A DNA stretch of 64,000 bases from Enterobacteria phage XTG1, in the sequence record KT184316.1; one strand, given 5' to 3'. The notes beneath the pieces are model-generated. The model did no database searches and had not been told where the DNA came from. It saw only the letters and a program-made list of their open reading frames with translations. Shown here piece by piece: positions 34,441 through 42,831 of this stretch. The first letter of the stretch is position 1; each line of letters begins with the position of its first letter. The position numbers and the translations under genes were made by a program.

Positions 34441-34511
34441 AAGACTCTTAAGTGATGCTGGTGAGTACCCGTTGGTTTATGCTGCTCAGTATACTCACCA
34501 AATTTTCTATG

Positions 34512-34700
34512 TCAACAACTTTCTAATAAAGTTTTATGAAGATTTTGCTTAACAACCCGCCTCACATGCCTATGCTCTTTCTTAATAAAGAGTGACCTCT
34601 TCTTGATAGAGCGCCTATTCTTGTAAGTATTACTAGGATACTTATCATGAACCGGACAACAACTCCCCGGATTTGTAAACTTGATAATCTCTCTTTTCAC
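34512..34700 (-). CDS. Small highly basic protein (62 aa)
   Basis: K/R-rich ORF coupled to ligase gene. Confidence 0.4.
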   Translation of the reverse strand: MKREIIKFTNPGSCCPVHDKYPSNTYKNRRSIKKRSLFIKKEHRHVRRVVKQNLHKTLLESC

Positions 34701-35836
34701 TATTCATAATCCCTAATAACTAGCCCGACAGGGAACTGTAAAGAACCCTTACGAGTCATCTTCTGGAACTGTACCGTTAAAGGTTTCCCGATAAACTCTT
34801 CAGGATGCTCAGCAAGATACTGTTTCTTCTCATGAGTAGTCTTCCATGAGACATCTACAAAGACGTTAGGAAGAGTCTCTACAACGAACTTACCGTGGCC
34901 ACGCTTATCAGTCTTTACACCAGTCACTTTAAACTCTTCAGTGTGCATCTTCTTGTGCTTAATCAAGAAGTATGAACGGTGACAACACTCATAGAATGAG
35001 TCTTCAGAGATTGAACGGTACATTGCACCTTCAAACTTAGCCTCAACCCACTTATCATGAGCTTCATCAAATTCTTCCCAAGAGTTCACACGGATAGTCT
35101 GTACAGGAACCACTCTACAGGTATCACCAAGCTCAACAATGGGTGAATTATCAATAACTTCACGACGCTCAGGCCAAGATTTTGAATTGTCACAGATATC
35201 ATACCAGTAGAATTTAAGAAGGTGGCGGTCTGGATTGTCAGCATTCTTAATCATAGAGACAATATCTTCTAAGTCCCAACCATGAGCATAAATCTCACCA
35301 TCAAAGTCTTCAACTTGTGGATGTAATTTAAGCAACAAAAGCAAATCTGGAATTAGTTCTGCTGGAACGTTGTAAACAGTATTCTCACGAGAATAAGCCG
35401 TGAAGTTAACTAAATCAGCATCTCTTGAAATTCTACAACGTACACCATCCAGTTTCGGTTGAGCATCAGCAGGGAACTTCAGATACTTTGCATGACTAAC
35501 CTTTGCAGCATCATGAGCAAGCTGTACACCTACCTTCTCAGTATTCTGTGCAGACTCTTTTGTGTAAGCATAACCTTTACGGTCAACTTGCTTTTTATAC
35601 TTAGCAGCAACTTCAAAGAGAGCTTGCTGTTCAGCATTACGCTCATTCTTTTTACCGATGTTCTTAGGCTCTGCTGTGTACTCTTCAAACATCATCTTAC
35701 CATTTTCTTTACCATAGGTTGTAATAACTTTGTCACCTACAGCAACGCATGACCAGACGTTGAAGGAACCATCTTTATTTTGTTTGTATAGGATTGTCAT
35801 TTTTAACCTCTGAGTGATACCAAGTATTGCAAGCAT
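34700..35836 (-). CDS. ATP-dependent DNA ligase
   Basis: Nucleotidyltransferase motif I KLDGVR, motif III-like FDGEIY, EGAMYRS and LIKHKK downstream. Confidence 0.7.
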   Translation of the reverse strand: MLAILGITQRLKMTILYKQNKDGSFNVWSCVAVGDKVITTYGKENGKMMFEEYTAEPKNIGKKNERNAEQQALFEVAAKYKKQVDRKGYAYTKESAQNTEKVGVQLAHDAAKVSHAKYLKFPADAQPKLDGVRCRISRDADLVNFTAYSRENTVYNVPAELIPDLLLLLKLHPQVEDFDGEIYAHGWDLEDIVSMIKNADNPDRHLLKFYWYDICDNSKSWPERREVIDNSPIVELGDTCRVVPVQTIRVNSWEEFDEAHDKWVEAKFEGAMYRSISEDSFYECCHRSYFLIKHKKMHTEEFKVTGVKTDKRGHGKFVVETLPNVFVDVSWKTTHEKKQYLAEHPEEFIGKPLTVQFQKMTRKGSLQFPVGLVIRDYE

Positions 35837-35993
35837 TACATGCGTAAAGCTCTAAGTCATTTTTATCTGGTTTATGGAAACAGTTTGACCCACAACGACA
35901 CCGGAATAGCTTACCATCAACACGAAGAATAAATGTTTCAAGCTCACCATCTTCTGTAAGAACTGCGTTCTTAAATTTATCTTCTACAGTCAT
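35775..35993 (-). CDS. Small zinc-finger protein (72 aa)
   Basis: CRCGSNCFH ... CNACNTWYH. Confidence 0.4.
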   Translation of the reverse strand: MTVEDKFKNAVLTEDGELETFILRVDGKLFRCRCGSNCFHKPDKNDLELYACNACNTWYHSEVKNDNPIQTK

Positions 35994-36247
35994 TTTCTCT
36001 TACCACCAATCTCTACGTCGATAACTTGAACATCGCCAGCAACATCAAACTTATGAATGATGCTTTCAACAGTGTAAGTCCAACCATCAATGCGAACCAA
36101 CTCACCTTCTCGTGGGACGATTGGATTACGTTGAGCTACGGTTGTAGTGGAGTGAACAACATCATAACAATAGATGTAGTTTACTGAGACTTCCATCGTG
36201 AAAACCTCACTCAATAACCGTAGTGTGTGATTGTCCATTTTTGCCAT
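35990..36247 (-). CDS. Hypothetical protein (85 aa)
   Basis: Intact coupled ORF. Confidence 0.45.
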   Translation of the reverse strand: MAKMDNHTLRLLSEVFTMEVSVNYIYCYDVVHSTTTVAQRNPIVPREGELVRIDGWTYTVESIIHKFDVAGDVQVIDVEIGGKRK

Positions 36248-36443
36248 AGCTGTAAGATGTTGTTGTTTGAGAATTTGGACATCTTACAACAACAATATCT
36301 CTGCTTATAGCATCACCATGTAACTTGTATACTCTGCAATCTTGCATCTCTGGTGGGAGGCTGTAAGAAGCATTTTTATCTTCATAAGAAGGGTTGCAGC
36401 CAGATAGAAAAATAACACCAAGCGCAATTACTACTTTCCACAT
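36207..36443 (-). CDS. Putative lipoprotein
   Basis: Signal peptide MWKVVIALGVIFLSGC with lipobox L-S-G-C. Confidence 0.5.
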   Translation of the reverse strand: MWKVVIALGVIFLSGCNPSYEDKNASYSLPPEMQDCRVYKLHGDAISRDIVVVRCPNSQTTTSYSYGKNGQSHTTVIE

Positions 36444-36630
36444 AACACTTCTCCTATTACTGTTCACGATGCTCTACTTCTCTGTATGTACGTCGATAAT
36501 GAATGATAAGTGGTGCTAATTCATTGCTTTTAACATTTGAACGTAACAGTTGCCAGTCAAAACCTTTACCAACTCTTCCATATAAATTAAAAAACTTAAC
36601 TTTGCGTTTCATTTTCGGTATCCCCAATAT

Positions 36631-36858
36631 TCAGAAGTCAATACTAATGCGTTCACCCTTAAGGACTCCAGTGCGGTCTCTTGCAATCTTGCCGTCAACA
36701 ATAAGTATATGTGCAGCCCTTAAAGAGTCACCATTAAAAGCTTTTACGAACTTACTAGGCATCACTACAATGGACATCTCCTGAATCAACTCTGGAGTAT
36801 AGCAGTTGTCGTGAAGTTGCTGAATAACGTCTGCAAGTGTCATTTTTGATGTCTCCAA
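36631..36858 (-). CDS. Hypothetical protein (75 aa)
   Basis: Intact ORF. Confidence 0.4.
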   Translation of the reverse strand: METSKMTLADVIQQLHDNCYTPELIQEMSIVVMPSKFVKAFNGDSLRAAHILIVDGKIARDRTGVLKGERISIDF

Positions 36859-37049
36859 TACTCAATGTCAATAAGTTCTTGTGCAATGCTTTTCAGATTA
36901 CCTTTCAAGAAAACCTTCTCAGAACCAGAAAGAGATGAATTGTCAATTAACCTGTTCATTCTCTCAAACAATTTCTGTTTACGGTTCTTGATAGTTTCCT
37001 TTGAAGCACCTTTCATCATTGCTGCATGGGTTCTTCCACGGTGGCTCAT
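36840..37049 (-). CDS. Hypothetical protein (69 aa)
   Basis: Intact ORF, basic. Confidence 0.4.
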   Translation of the reverse strand: MSHRGRTHAAMMKGASKETIKNRKQKLFERMNRLIDNSSLSGSEKVFLKGNLKSIAQELIDIEYWRHQK

Positions 37050-37100
37050 AAGCCCTCCTATACAAGATACAGCATAAGGTACTCTTCCCTGAGCACCTTG

Positions 37101-37664
37101 TCAACTTAGTTTTGCAAACTCTCCGTGGAGTTTTACAGCAGCTTCACAGTAAGCTTTATGGGCTTCTTCTGGTGTATCAAACATACCAAGATGATAGTTT
37201 TTACCTTGTAAACGTATCATTGCTCTAAACCTTTTGCTTATCTTCTGTACACCTTTTGGCAACCCAGATGGGGACTTTCTTGAACGATTGCAAGAGTTTT
37301 GTGAAGCTGTACAAACCCTTAAATTCAAGTACCTATTGTCCCAACCGTCCCCATTCTTATGGTCAACCTGTAAGTTTTTATCAGGTAGATAGCCATCCAC
37401 ATATAGTATTGCTAGACGGTTAGCTTGGTAGCCTTTACCATCAAGCAATAACTGAACAGACTTGTGACCATCTGTGTTTATCCTATAATTTCCTGCCTTT
37501 TTGCCTCCAAAACGAGAGTTGAAGTTCTTATTGCCTCGTGATACCGGCTCTCTAAACTTCCAAGTAAAGACCCCTGTTTCGGGGTCGTAGTCCAATAGCT
37601 CCTTAAGACGAATTTCTGTAATCATTTCAATACCATCAATGTACTTCCAACCAGCTCTTACCAA
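37101..37664 (-). CDS. HNH homing endonuclease with AP2-like DNA-binding domain
   Basis: VDHKNGDGWDNRYLNLRVCTASQN (HNH) and C-terminal GV..RFRAMIRLQGKNYHLGMFDTPEEAHKAY (AP2-like); track ORF overlaps DNA polymerase 3' end by 29 nt. Confidence 0.65.
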   Translation of the reverse strand: MVRAGWKYIDGIEMITEIRLKELLDYDPETGVFTWKFREPVSRGNKNFNSRFGGKKAGNYRINTDGHKSVQLLLDGKGYQANRLAILYVDGYLPDKNLQVDHKNGDGWDNRYLNLRVCTASQNSCNRSRKSPSGLPKGVQKISKRFRAMIRLQGKNYHLGMFDTPEEAHKAYCEAAVKLHGEFAKLS

Positions 37665-40335
37665 CCTTTCCTGTGCCAGTTACAAGCGTCTCACTCTTCA
37701 AACCTAAATTCTTAGATGCCTGACCATACATCCAGTCAGTTATGGCTTTAACTTCTTGAGTCATACTTTCTGGGCATTCCCAACTGTTTTCATCGTGGTA
37801 TGCCAGCAAAAGCCTAGCACCGATTGCTGGTTTTCGTCCATTTAATTTTGTCAATCCTTCTTCACATGTTCTTCTACAAGCAAGGTTAATCGCCTCATTT
37901 TGAATCTGAGCCTCTGAACCCATGAGCAAATAATTCAATAGCTTATGTGGAGATTTACACCACAACCAAGCTCCAGCAACCTTTACAAAACCCCCTTTAG
38001 AAATTGCAGCAGTCTTACCAAATACCTCTTCAAGTGCCTTTTTAGTTGCTTTGTAGTCAGCTTCCAAGTCATCTAGCAACTTCTTAATTTTAGGTAAACG
38101 AATAAAGTAAGTCTGTTTAGTCAGTGCACCTTCCTGAGTAGTTGCAGCTTTAATAGTTTTAGCAAACTTCTCATCACCTGCACCAAACAGCAGTGCATAG
38201 ATACCATTCTTAGCTTTCTTACGACCTTTACTAATCTCATGAAGAAGATTCTCATCCTGCGTTGCACGACAAGTTAAGATATCCTGCTCATCGTTCAAGC
38301 TAAAGTAGATACTGTTCAGTGTATGTGCATCAGTCCCTGAATAGACAACGTACAGGTCATTCTCAGAGTCATAGCGAAGGTACTTATCAATCTCTGGGTT
38401 GAGGTACTCATCAAAATGTTTGCAGTAATAGCGTCCATCTTCTTGACGAATGAACTCAATTTCTTCTTTACCTTGCGTCACCGCTTTGGTGAAGTCTTTA
38501 TCACCCATAAAGTTACAAAGCAGAACTAGCTGGGCTGAGTTCATATCTACAGAGACAACGTTAGTACCTTCCTCACAAATCCACACTGCCCTCATTGGTT
38601 CCCCATAGACAGCAGCACCAGACGGTACGTTTACAATACCATATTGTGTCATACGTCCAGTTGAAGTACCAAACACCATTGCACCAGCACTAAGGCGACC
38701 ATCAGGACGAATCTGGTTCAACCAACCTTTTTCATCATCCTTTGAGTTCTCAATAGTTCTGCGTCGGTGCATCAAAGTATAGTACTTAGCAATCTTCTGT
38801 CCAAGCTCACCTTCAATCGTATCATAAGATGATTCAGTAAGTTTTGGTGAAGTACGGATTAAGCAAGGCTCAAGCAAATCTGTGTACTTCTTCACAGACC
38901 AGTTATGCTCAATGTACTGAACACCTTCATGTTCAACATAACTTAAACCACAACGTTCTACCATCTCCTGCCACTTAGGATGTTTTGTAATCATCTTTTT
39001 ATTGTCTTTGAAACGACAAACTTTGACAGGGCGACCGTCTGAGTCTTTCTTGTAGTTCCAGTCATCTGGAATCCAACCAACTGATTTCAAGTAGTCTTTA
39101 ACAACTGCTACCTGAGTCATACGAGAAACTTCAAACTCAATTGGTGTATATGGTGCATCAATCAAACCCGTGTAGCGACTTGACTCAAGTTCAAAGTGGT
39201 TAACAACGTGGCTGTTATAGTACTTCACGGTTTTGACTGTTTTTACTGGCTTCCAGTCTTTGCATTTCTTACCAATCTTTGCGTTCAACTCATTGCAAAT
39301 TGCACGAGCATCCTTCATTGCTACAAAGCCTTCCTTGTACTCTTCACCAGTTACAGAGTTGGTTGGTGTATAGCAATTTCTCTTTTCAATGTTAAAAATC
39401 TTTGTAGTTGGCTTACCAAATGGCTTGATTTCATATGTCTGCATCTCACCATTACGTACCTGCTGACGATACTTTGTCTTAGGGTACTTGGTAATTCTTT
39501 TCAGTCCATCTGCATGACCAAATGCTTCAACATACTCATTCCAAGCCTTTGCAAACTCTTCTCCAGTGACTTTACCTTTGGTCTTAATAGTTGGAGGTAG
39601 ATGTGGTTCAACCTCTGAAGCAAGCTCATTAGTCAACTTGTCAAGTTCCTTTACATGGAACTCCATAAGCTCTTTATCAGCTTTCCAGCCATTGATAGCT
39701 TGTTGACTCATCCAGAAAGATGTTTCTTTAGCTCGCATGTAGGTTTCATAAGTGTCTATGCCACACTTCTTAAGCTTCAGGTATTCATTATCCAGTGCAC
39801 GTTTAGTTTTGGCGTTAATACGGATATCTTCTACAACACGAGTGAAGATTTCTGCATTCCACACACCCCAATGTTCAATCTCTGGTTTACGAACACCAAC
39901 ACGAGCACCCCATGCAGCCAAACCATGAGCACCTTTATAACCCTTTGGAGTTGGTCTATCCATCCACTGAACACGAGACTGGATAAGAGAATCCTGAAAG
40001 AAATTACTCCACGGTTTACACTTTGGATTATCAAAGTTCCATAAATCAGGTGCAATGTGATTGAAAACCCACCAGTCATAACCGAGACCATTGTGAATGC
40101 AAAGACGTTTTGCCTTTAACGCAAACTCAATACCTTCACGTAAGCCACCCTTAATATACTTGGTATACTTGTGACCGAGGATAGGCTCATCTGTAAAGAC
40201 CCACACAGGCGGCTCTTCATCGTCAGATTTATAGTCTGCAAAAGCCATTACGTGCACTTTAGTGAACTCAAGGAGTAAACCATCAGTTTCTGTATCACCA
40301 ACTAAATGTAAGTTTTTAAAATCTACGTTTTCCAT
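37636..40335 (-). CDS. DNA polymerase, family A, with 3'-5' exonuclease domain
   Basis: Exo I DTETDG; motif B-like RKKAKNGIYALLFGAG; motif C-like AYHDE; start set at ATG 40335 with RBS gagggag. Confidence 0.8.
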   Translation of the reverse strand: MENVDFKNLHLVGDTETDGLLLEFTKVHVMAFADYKSDDEEPPVWVFTDEPILGHKYTKYIKGGLREGIEFALKAKRLCIHNGLGYDWWVFNHIAPDLWNFDNPKCKPWSNFFQDSLIQSRVQWMDRPTPKGYKGAHGLAAWGARVGVRKPEIEHWGVWNAEIFTRVVEDIRINAKTKRALDNEYLKLKKCGIDTYETYMRAKETSFWMSQQAINGWKADKELMEFHVKELDKLTNELASEVEPHLPPTIKTKGKVTGEEFAKAWNEYVEAFGHADGLKRITKYPKTKYRQQVRNGEMQTYEIKPFGKPTTKIFNIEKRNCYTPTNSVTGEEYKEGFVAMKDARAICNELNAKIGKKCKDWKPVKTVKTVKYYNSHVVNHFELESSRYTGLIDAPYTPIEFEVSRMTQVAVVKDYLKSVGWIPDDWNYKKDSDGRPVKVCRFKDNKKMITKHPKWQEMVERCGLSYVEHEGVQYIEHNWSVKKYTDLLEPCLIRTSPKLTESSYDTIEGELGQKIAKYYTLMHRRRTIENSKDDEKGWLNQIRPDGRLSAGAMVFGTSTGRMTQYGIVNVPSGAAVYGEPMRAVWICEEGTNVVSVDMNSAQLVLLCNFMGDKDFTKAVTQGKEEIEFIRQEDGRYYCKHFDEYLNPEIDKYLRYDSENDLYVVYSGTDAHTLNSIYFSLNDEQDILTCRATQDENLLHEISKGRKKAKNGIYALLFGAGDEKFAKTIKAATTQEGALTKQTYFIRLPKIKKLLDDLEADYKATKKALEEVFGKTAAISKGGFVKVAGAWLWCKSPHKLLNYLLMGSEAQIQNEAINLACRRTCEEGLTKLNGRKPAIGARLLLAYHDENSWECPESMTQEVKAITDWMYGQASKNLGLKSETLVTGTGKVGKSWLEVH

Positions 40336-40365
40336 TTTTACTCCCTCTAAAATCATTAACCTCAT

Positions 40366-40592
40366 ACATTACTGCAAAAAATTATAAAAAGCAAGTTGAC
40401 AATGTACTTGACAAGGTGTTAATCTTTGCGAAGTGGGTTTTTACTTAAAAGGTTACTTAACAGTTTAACTATACAGATACTTTAAAACTCTTAAAAGATT
40501 ATTTAATAGCTTTTAAAAAGCTTTAAAGTATAACGTATAGAATACGTTAAGATAAAAGATTAAAACTTAATAGTTACTTAAAAGAGGCTTAC
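40366..40592. promoter_or_regulatory. AT-rich divergent regulatory region between the polymerase operon and the forward replication operon
   Basis: Two TTGACA hexamers at 40396-40401 and 40408-40413; minus-strand TATAAT-like element; 227-bp non-coding gap between divergent starts. Confidence 0.4.
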
Positions 40593-41015
40593 ATGCAGAA
40601 AATGTTTGTTCACCCAGACATAGCTGACTTTGTTAGAGCTTTGCAGAAGTTGGAAGAACTTGACATTGCTGCTCAACGGGAATATGCTCACCATCACAGG
40701 AGAATGGTTGATATACAACATGAAATAGAGTTGTCTGAAAACTATGAAGATGACTTAAAATGCTCTGTATTTGAGCATATGAAAGATGTTGCTACAGCGA
40801 GACGTAAAGCTAAAGACACAGTTGCTTTACTAGATTCTCTTAAAAAGAGGTTGCAAAGTGGTACAGACCTGTGTAATCTAGCATCACTGATTAACGATGT
40901 TGAAACTTCTTGGGATAGGCACTATTATCCACGTTCTGAAAAGACACTTGACTTTTCTTCATCCGAAAACTTAAAATGTTCTAGAAAGAAACTTAACCAA
41001 CTGAGAGAGAAATAA
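40593..41015 (+). CDS. Hypothetical protein (140 aa)
   Basis: First ORF of forward operon. Confidence 0.5.
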   Translation: MQKMFVHPDIADFVRALQKLEELDIAAQREYAHHHRRMVDIQHEIELSENYEDDLKCSVFEHMKDVATARRKAKDTVALLDSLKKRLQSGTDLCNLASLINDVETSWDRHYYPRSEKTLDFSSSENLKCSRKKLNQLREK

Positions 41016-41016
41016 T

Positions 41017-41817
41017 ATGAATATCGATGTAGAAAAGATGCTTGAAGAGAAAGGTGTTGATGAAGCATTCTTAATCAATGCCGTAGAAAGCATGGCTATG
41101 ATTCTTCGTGGTAATAACTACACAGAACAGTTTATGCCTGCAAGCTATAACTTGCCTGAAGACAAGTCTGATAACGGTGCTTTTGCAGAACAGGTCAACA
41201 TGATGTTAACAGACACTACACTTGCTCTGGCATCTATTGCGGTTGGTGTTGATGCACTTGCTGAGTTCATTTTTTATGAAATGCAAAAGAATGACTATAT
41301 CAGGATGTCAGACGAAGATAAGGAACTGTTGCTGACTAAGGACACTGATTTCATTATTGATACGCTTATCTCATCAACGAGTGCTGTTATGGCTGTTCTT
41401 GAGAAGCGTATGGAAGAGAAACTTTCACGATATGAAAAACTTGATTGGGGCGTAGAAGAATTAAACCCACGAATCAAAGAGATTATCCAGCAAACTAAAG
41501 AGTCTTTGGAAGAAGCTGTTGAAAATGACTCTGTAGCTGACATTGAACCACTTCAGGTGAAAGTTGCACTGATGATTCCAGCTATCTCTACGATGATGAA
41601 TATCGTTGCACTAATCCAACTGTCACAGATGATGGGTGTGAGTATTGAGTTCATTGAGGAAATGACTGGTGGCGTTAGTATGCAAGCAATCAATGATGTT
41701 TTGGTGAACATTGGTGCTTCAATCATTGAAGAGAAACTACGCATTAACTTCGGTGATGATTTTGTGAAGCAAATCTCAGCTATGGCTGAAAAAGAGTCTG
41801 CTGAGCAACTGCACTAA
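41017..41817 (+). CDS. Hypothetical acidic protein (266 aa)
   Basis: Intact ORF, followed by terminator. Confidence 0.5.
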   Translation: MNIDVEKMLEEKGVDEAFLINAVESMAMILRGNNYTEQFMPASYNLPEDKSDNGAFAEQVNMMLTDTTLALASIAVGVDALAEFIFYEMQKNDYIRMSDEDKELLLTKDTDFIIDTLISSTSAVMAVLEKRMEEKLSRYEKLDWGVEELNPRIKEIIQQTKESLEEAVENDSVADIEPLQVKVALMIPAISTMMNIVALIQLSQMMGVSIEFIEEMTGGVSMQAINDVLVNIGASIIEEKLRINFGDDFVKQISAMAEKESAEQLH

Positions 41818-41835
41818 GTCTTTATAAATCTTACA

Positions 41836-41859
41836 AGCCTCCTTAGTTGGGGGCTTTTT
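41836..41859 (+). terminator. Rho-independent terminator
   Basis: agcctcc-ttagtt-gggggct followed by tttt. Confidence 0.55.
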
Positions 41860-41878
41860 AGTAATTAAGGGAGATAAA

Positions 41879-42622
41879 ATGAGTAATATTATCGCATTTA
41901 CTGGAAATGCACGTTCTGGAAAAGACACCTCATGTTCTATTGTGAAGAACATCTTAGAGGATGAGTATGGCTACAATGTTGCTGTAATGGCCTTTGCAGA
42001 CAACCTTAAACTATCTGCATCAAAGATATTTGACTTGACTTGGAATGACCTGTACGGTGAAACTAAAGAGACTCCACAGGTTTTTGACTTATCATACTCT
42101 GAACTGATGTTTAAAGTTACGGAAGCTATGGAGTTCACCTTCAGAGATGAACGTTACCATATGGACTTCAAGCTTATGTCAGAGTTAACCGGACGATTAA
42201 TCATGGAGCTTAAGAAGGTTGCTAAACCGACTCTATTGACACGTCTGGGGTTTAGTAAAAAGTATAAATTCTCATCAAGACAAATTCAACAGATTTGGGG
42301 TACTGAAGTTGTCCGTAAAGTAATGGGCGACAAGTTCTGGTCTAAAGACCTTGAAAAAAGAATGGTTAGATTCCATGAAATGTGCTCACTTAGAAACCAA
42401 TATGGTTTTGTCTTAATCAGTGATTTAAGATTTGACTCTGAAGCTGAATGGCTGAGTAGATTTGCACACCAAACTATTGAAGTAAAAAGAGACAATGTGG
42501 GCAAAGTTTCATCACATGTTTCAGAAAATGGGATTTCTACAAAATATGAGCGTGACATTATTCATAATAATGGTACTCTTGCAGACCTTGAGAACAAGCT
42601 AAGAGCCATCATTAAAGTTTAA
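41879..42622 (+). CDS. Deoxynucleoside monophosphate kinase-like P-loop kinase
   Basis: N-terminal IIAFTGNARSGKDT P-loop; about 247 aa. Confidence 0.55.
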   Translation: MSNIIAFTGNARSGKDTSCSIVKNILEDEYGYNVAVMAFADNLKLSASKIFDLTWNDLYGETKETPQVFDLSYSELMFKVTEAMEFTFRDERYHMDFKLMSELTGRLIMELKKVAKPTLLTRLGFSKKYKFSSRQIQQIWGTEVVRKVMGDKFWSKDLEKRMVRFHEMCSLRNQYGFVLISDLRFDSEAEWLSRFAHQTIEVKRDNVGKVSSHVSENGISTKYERDIIHNNGTLADLENKLRAIIKV

Positions 42623-42630
42623 AAGAGAGA

Positions 42631-42831
42631 ATGAAGATGAGAGTAAAAGACAATTTTAAAGTTATTGACCACCGTTTAGTGGAACTCTCATTTCTTTCCA
42701 ATGAGGTAATGATTGAACGTCTTAAGAGAGTTGAATCACGAAGGAAAGAGATTGCAGATGAAATTCATGAACTGGACAAGATTGAAAATGGATTGAAGGC
42801 AGAACTACAACGAAGAGGTGCTAATGTCTAA
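42631..42831 (+). CDS. Hypothetical protein (66 aa)
   Basis: Small coiled-coil-like ORF. Confidence 0.4.
   Translation: MKMRVKDNFKVIDHRLVELSFLSNEVMIERLKRVESRRKEIADEIHELDKIENGLKAELQRRGANV

Noticed and set aside
39196-40091. Plus-strand ORFs of 134, 129 and 86 aa
   Set aside because: Antisense or overlapping within the DNA polymerase gene, which has strong motif support on the minus strand.
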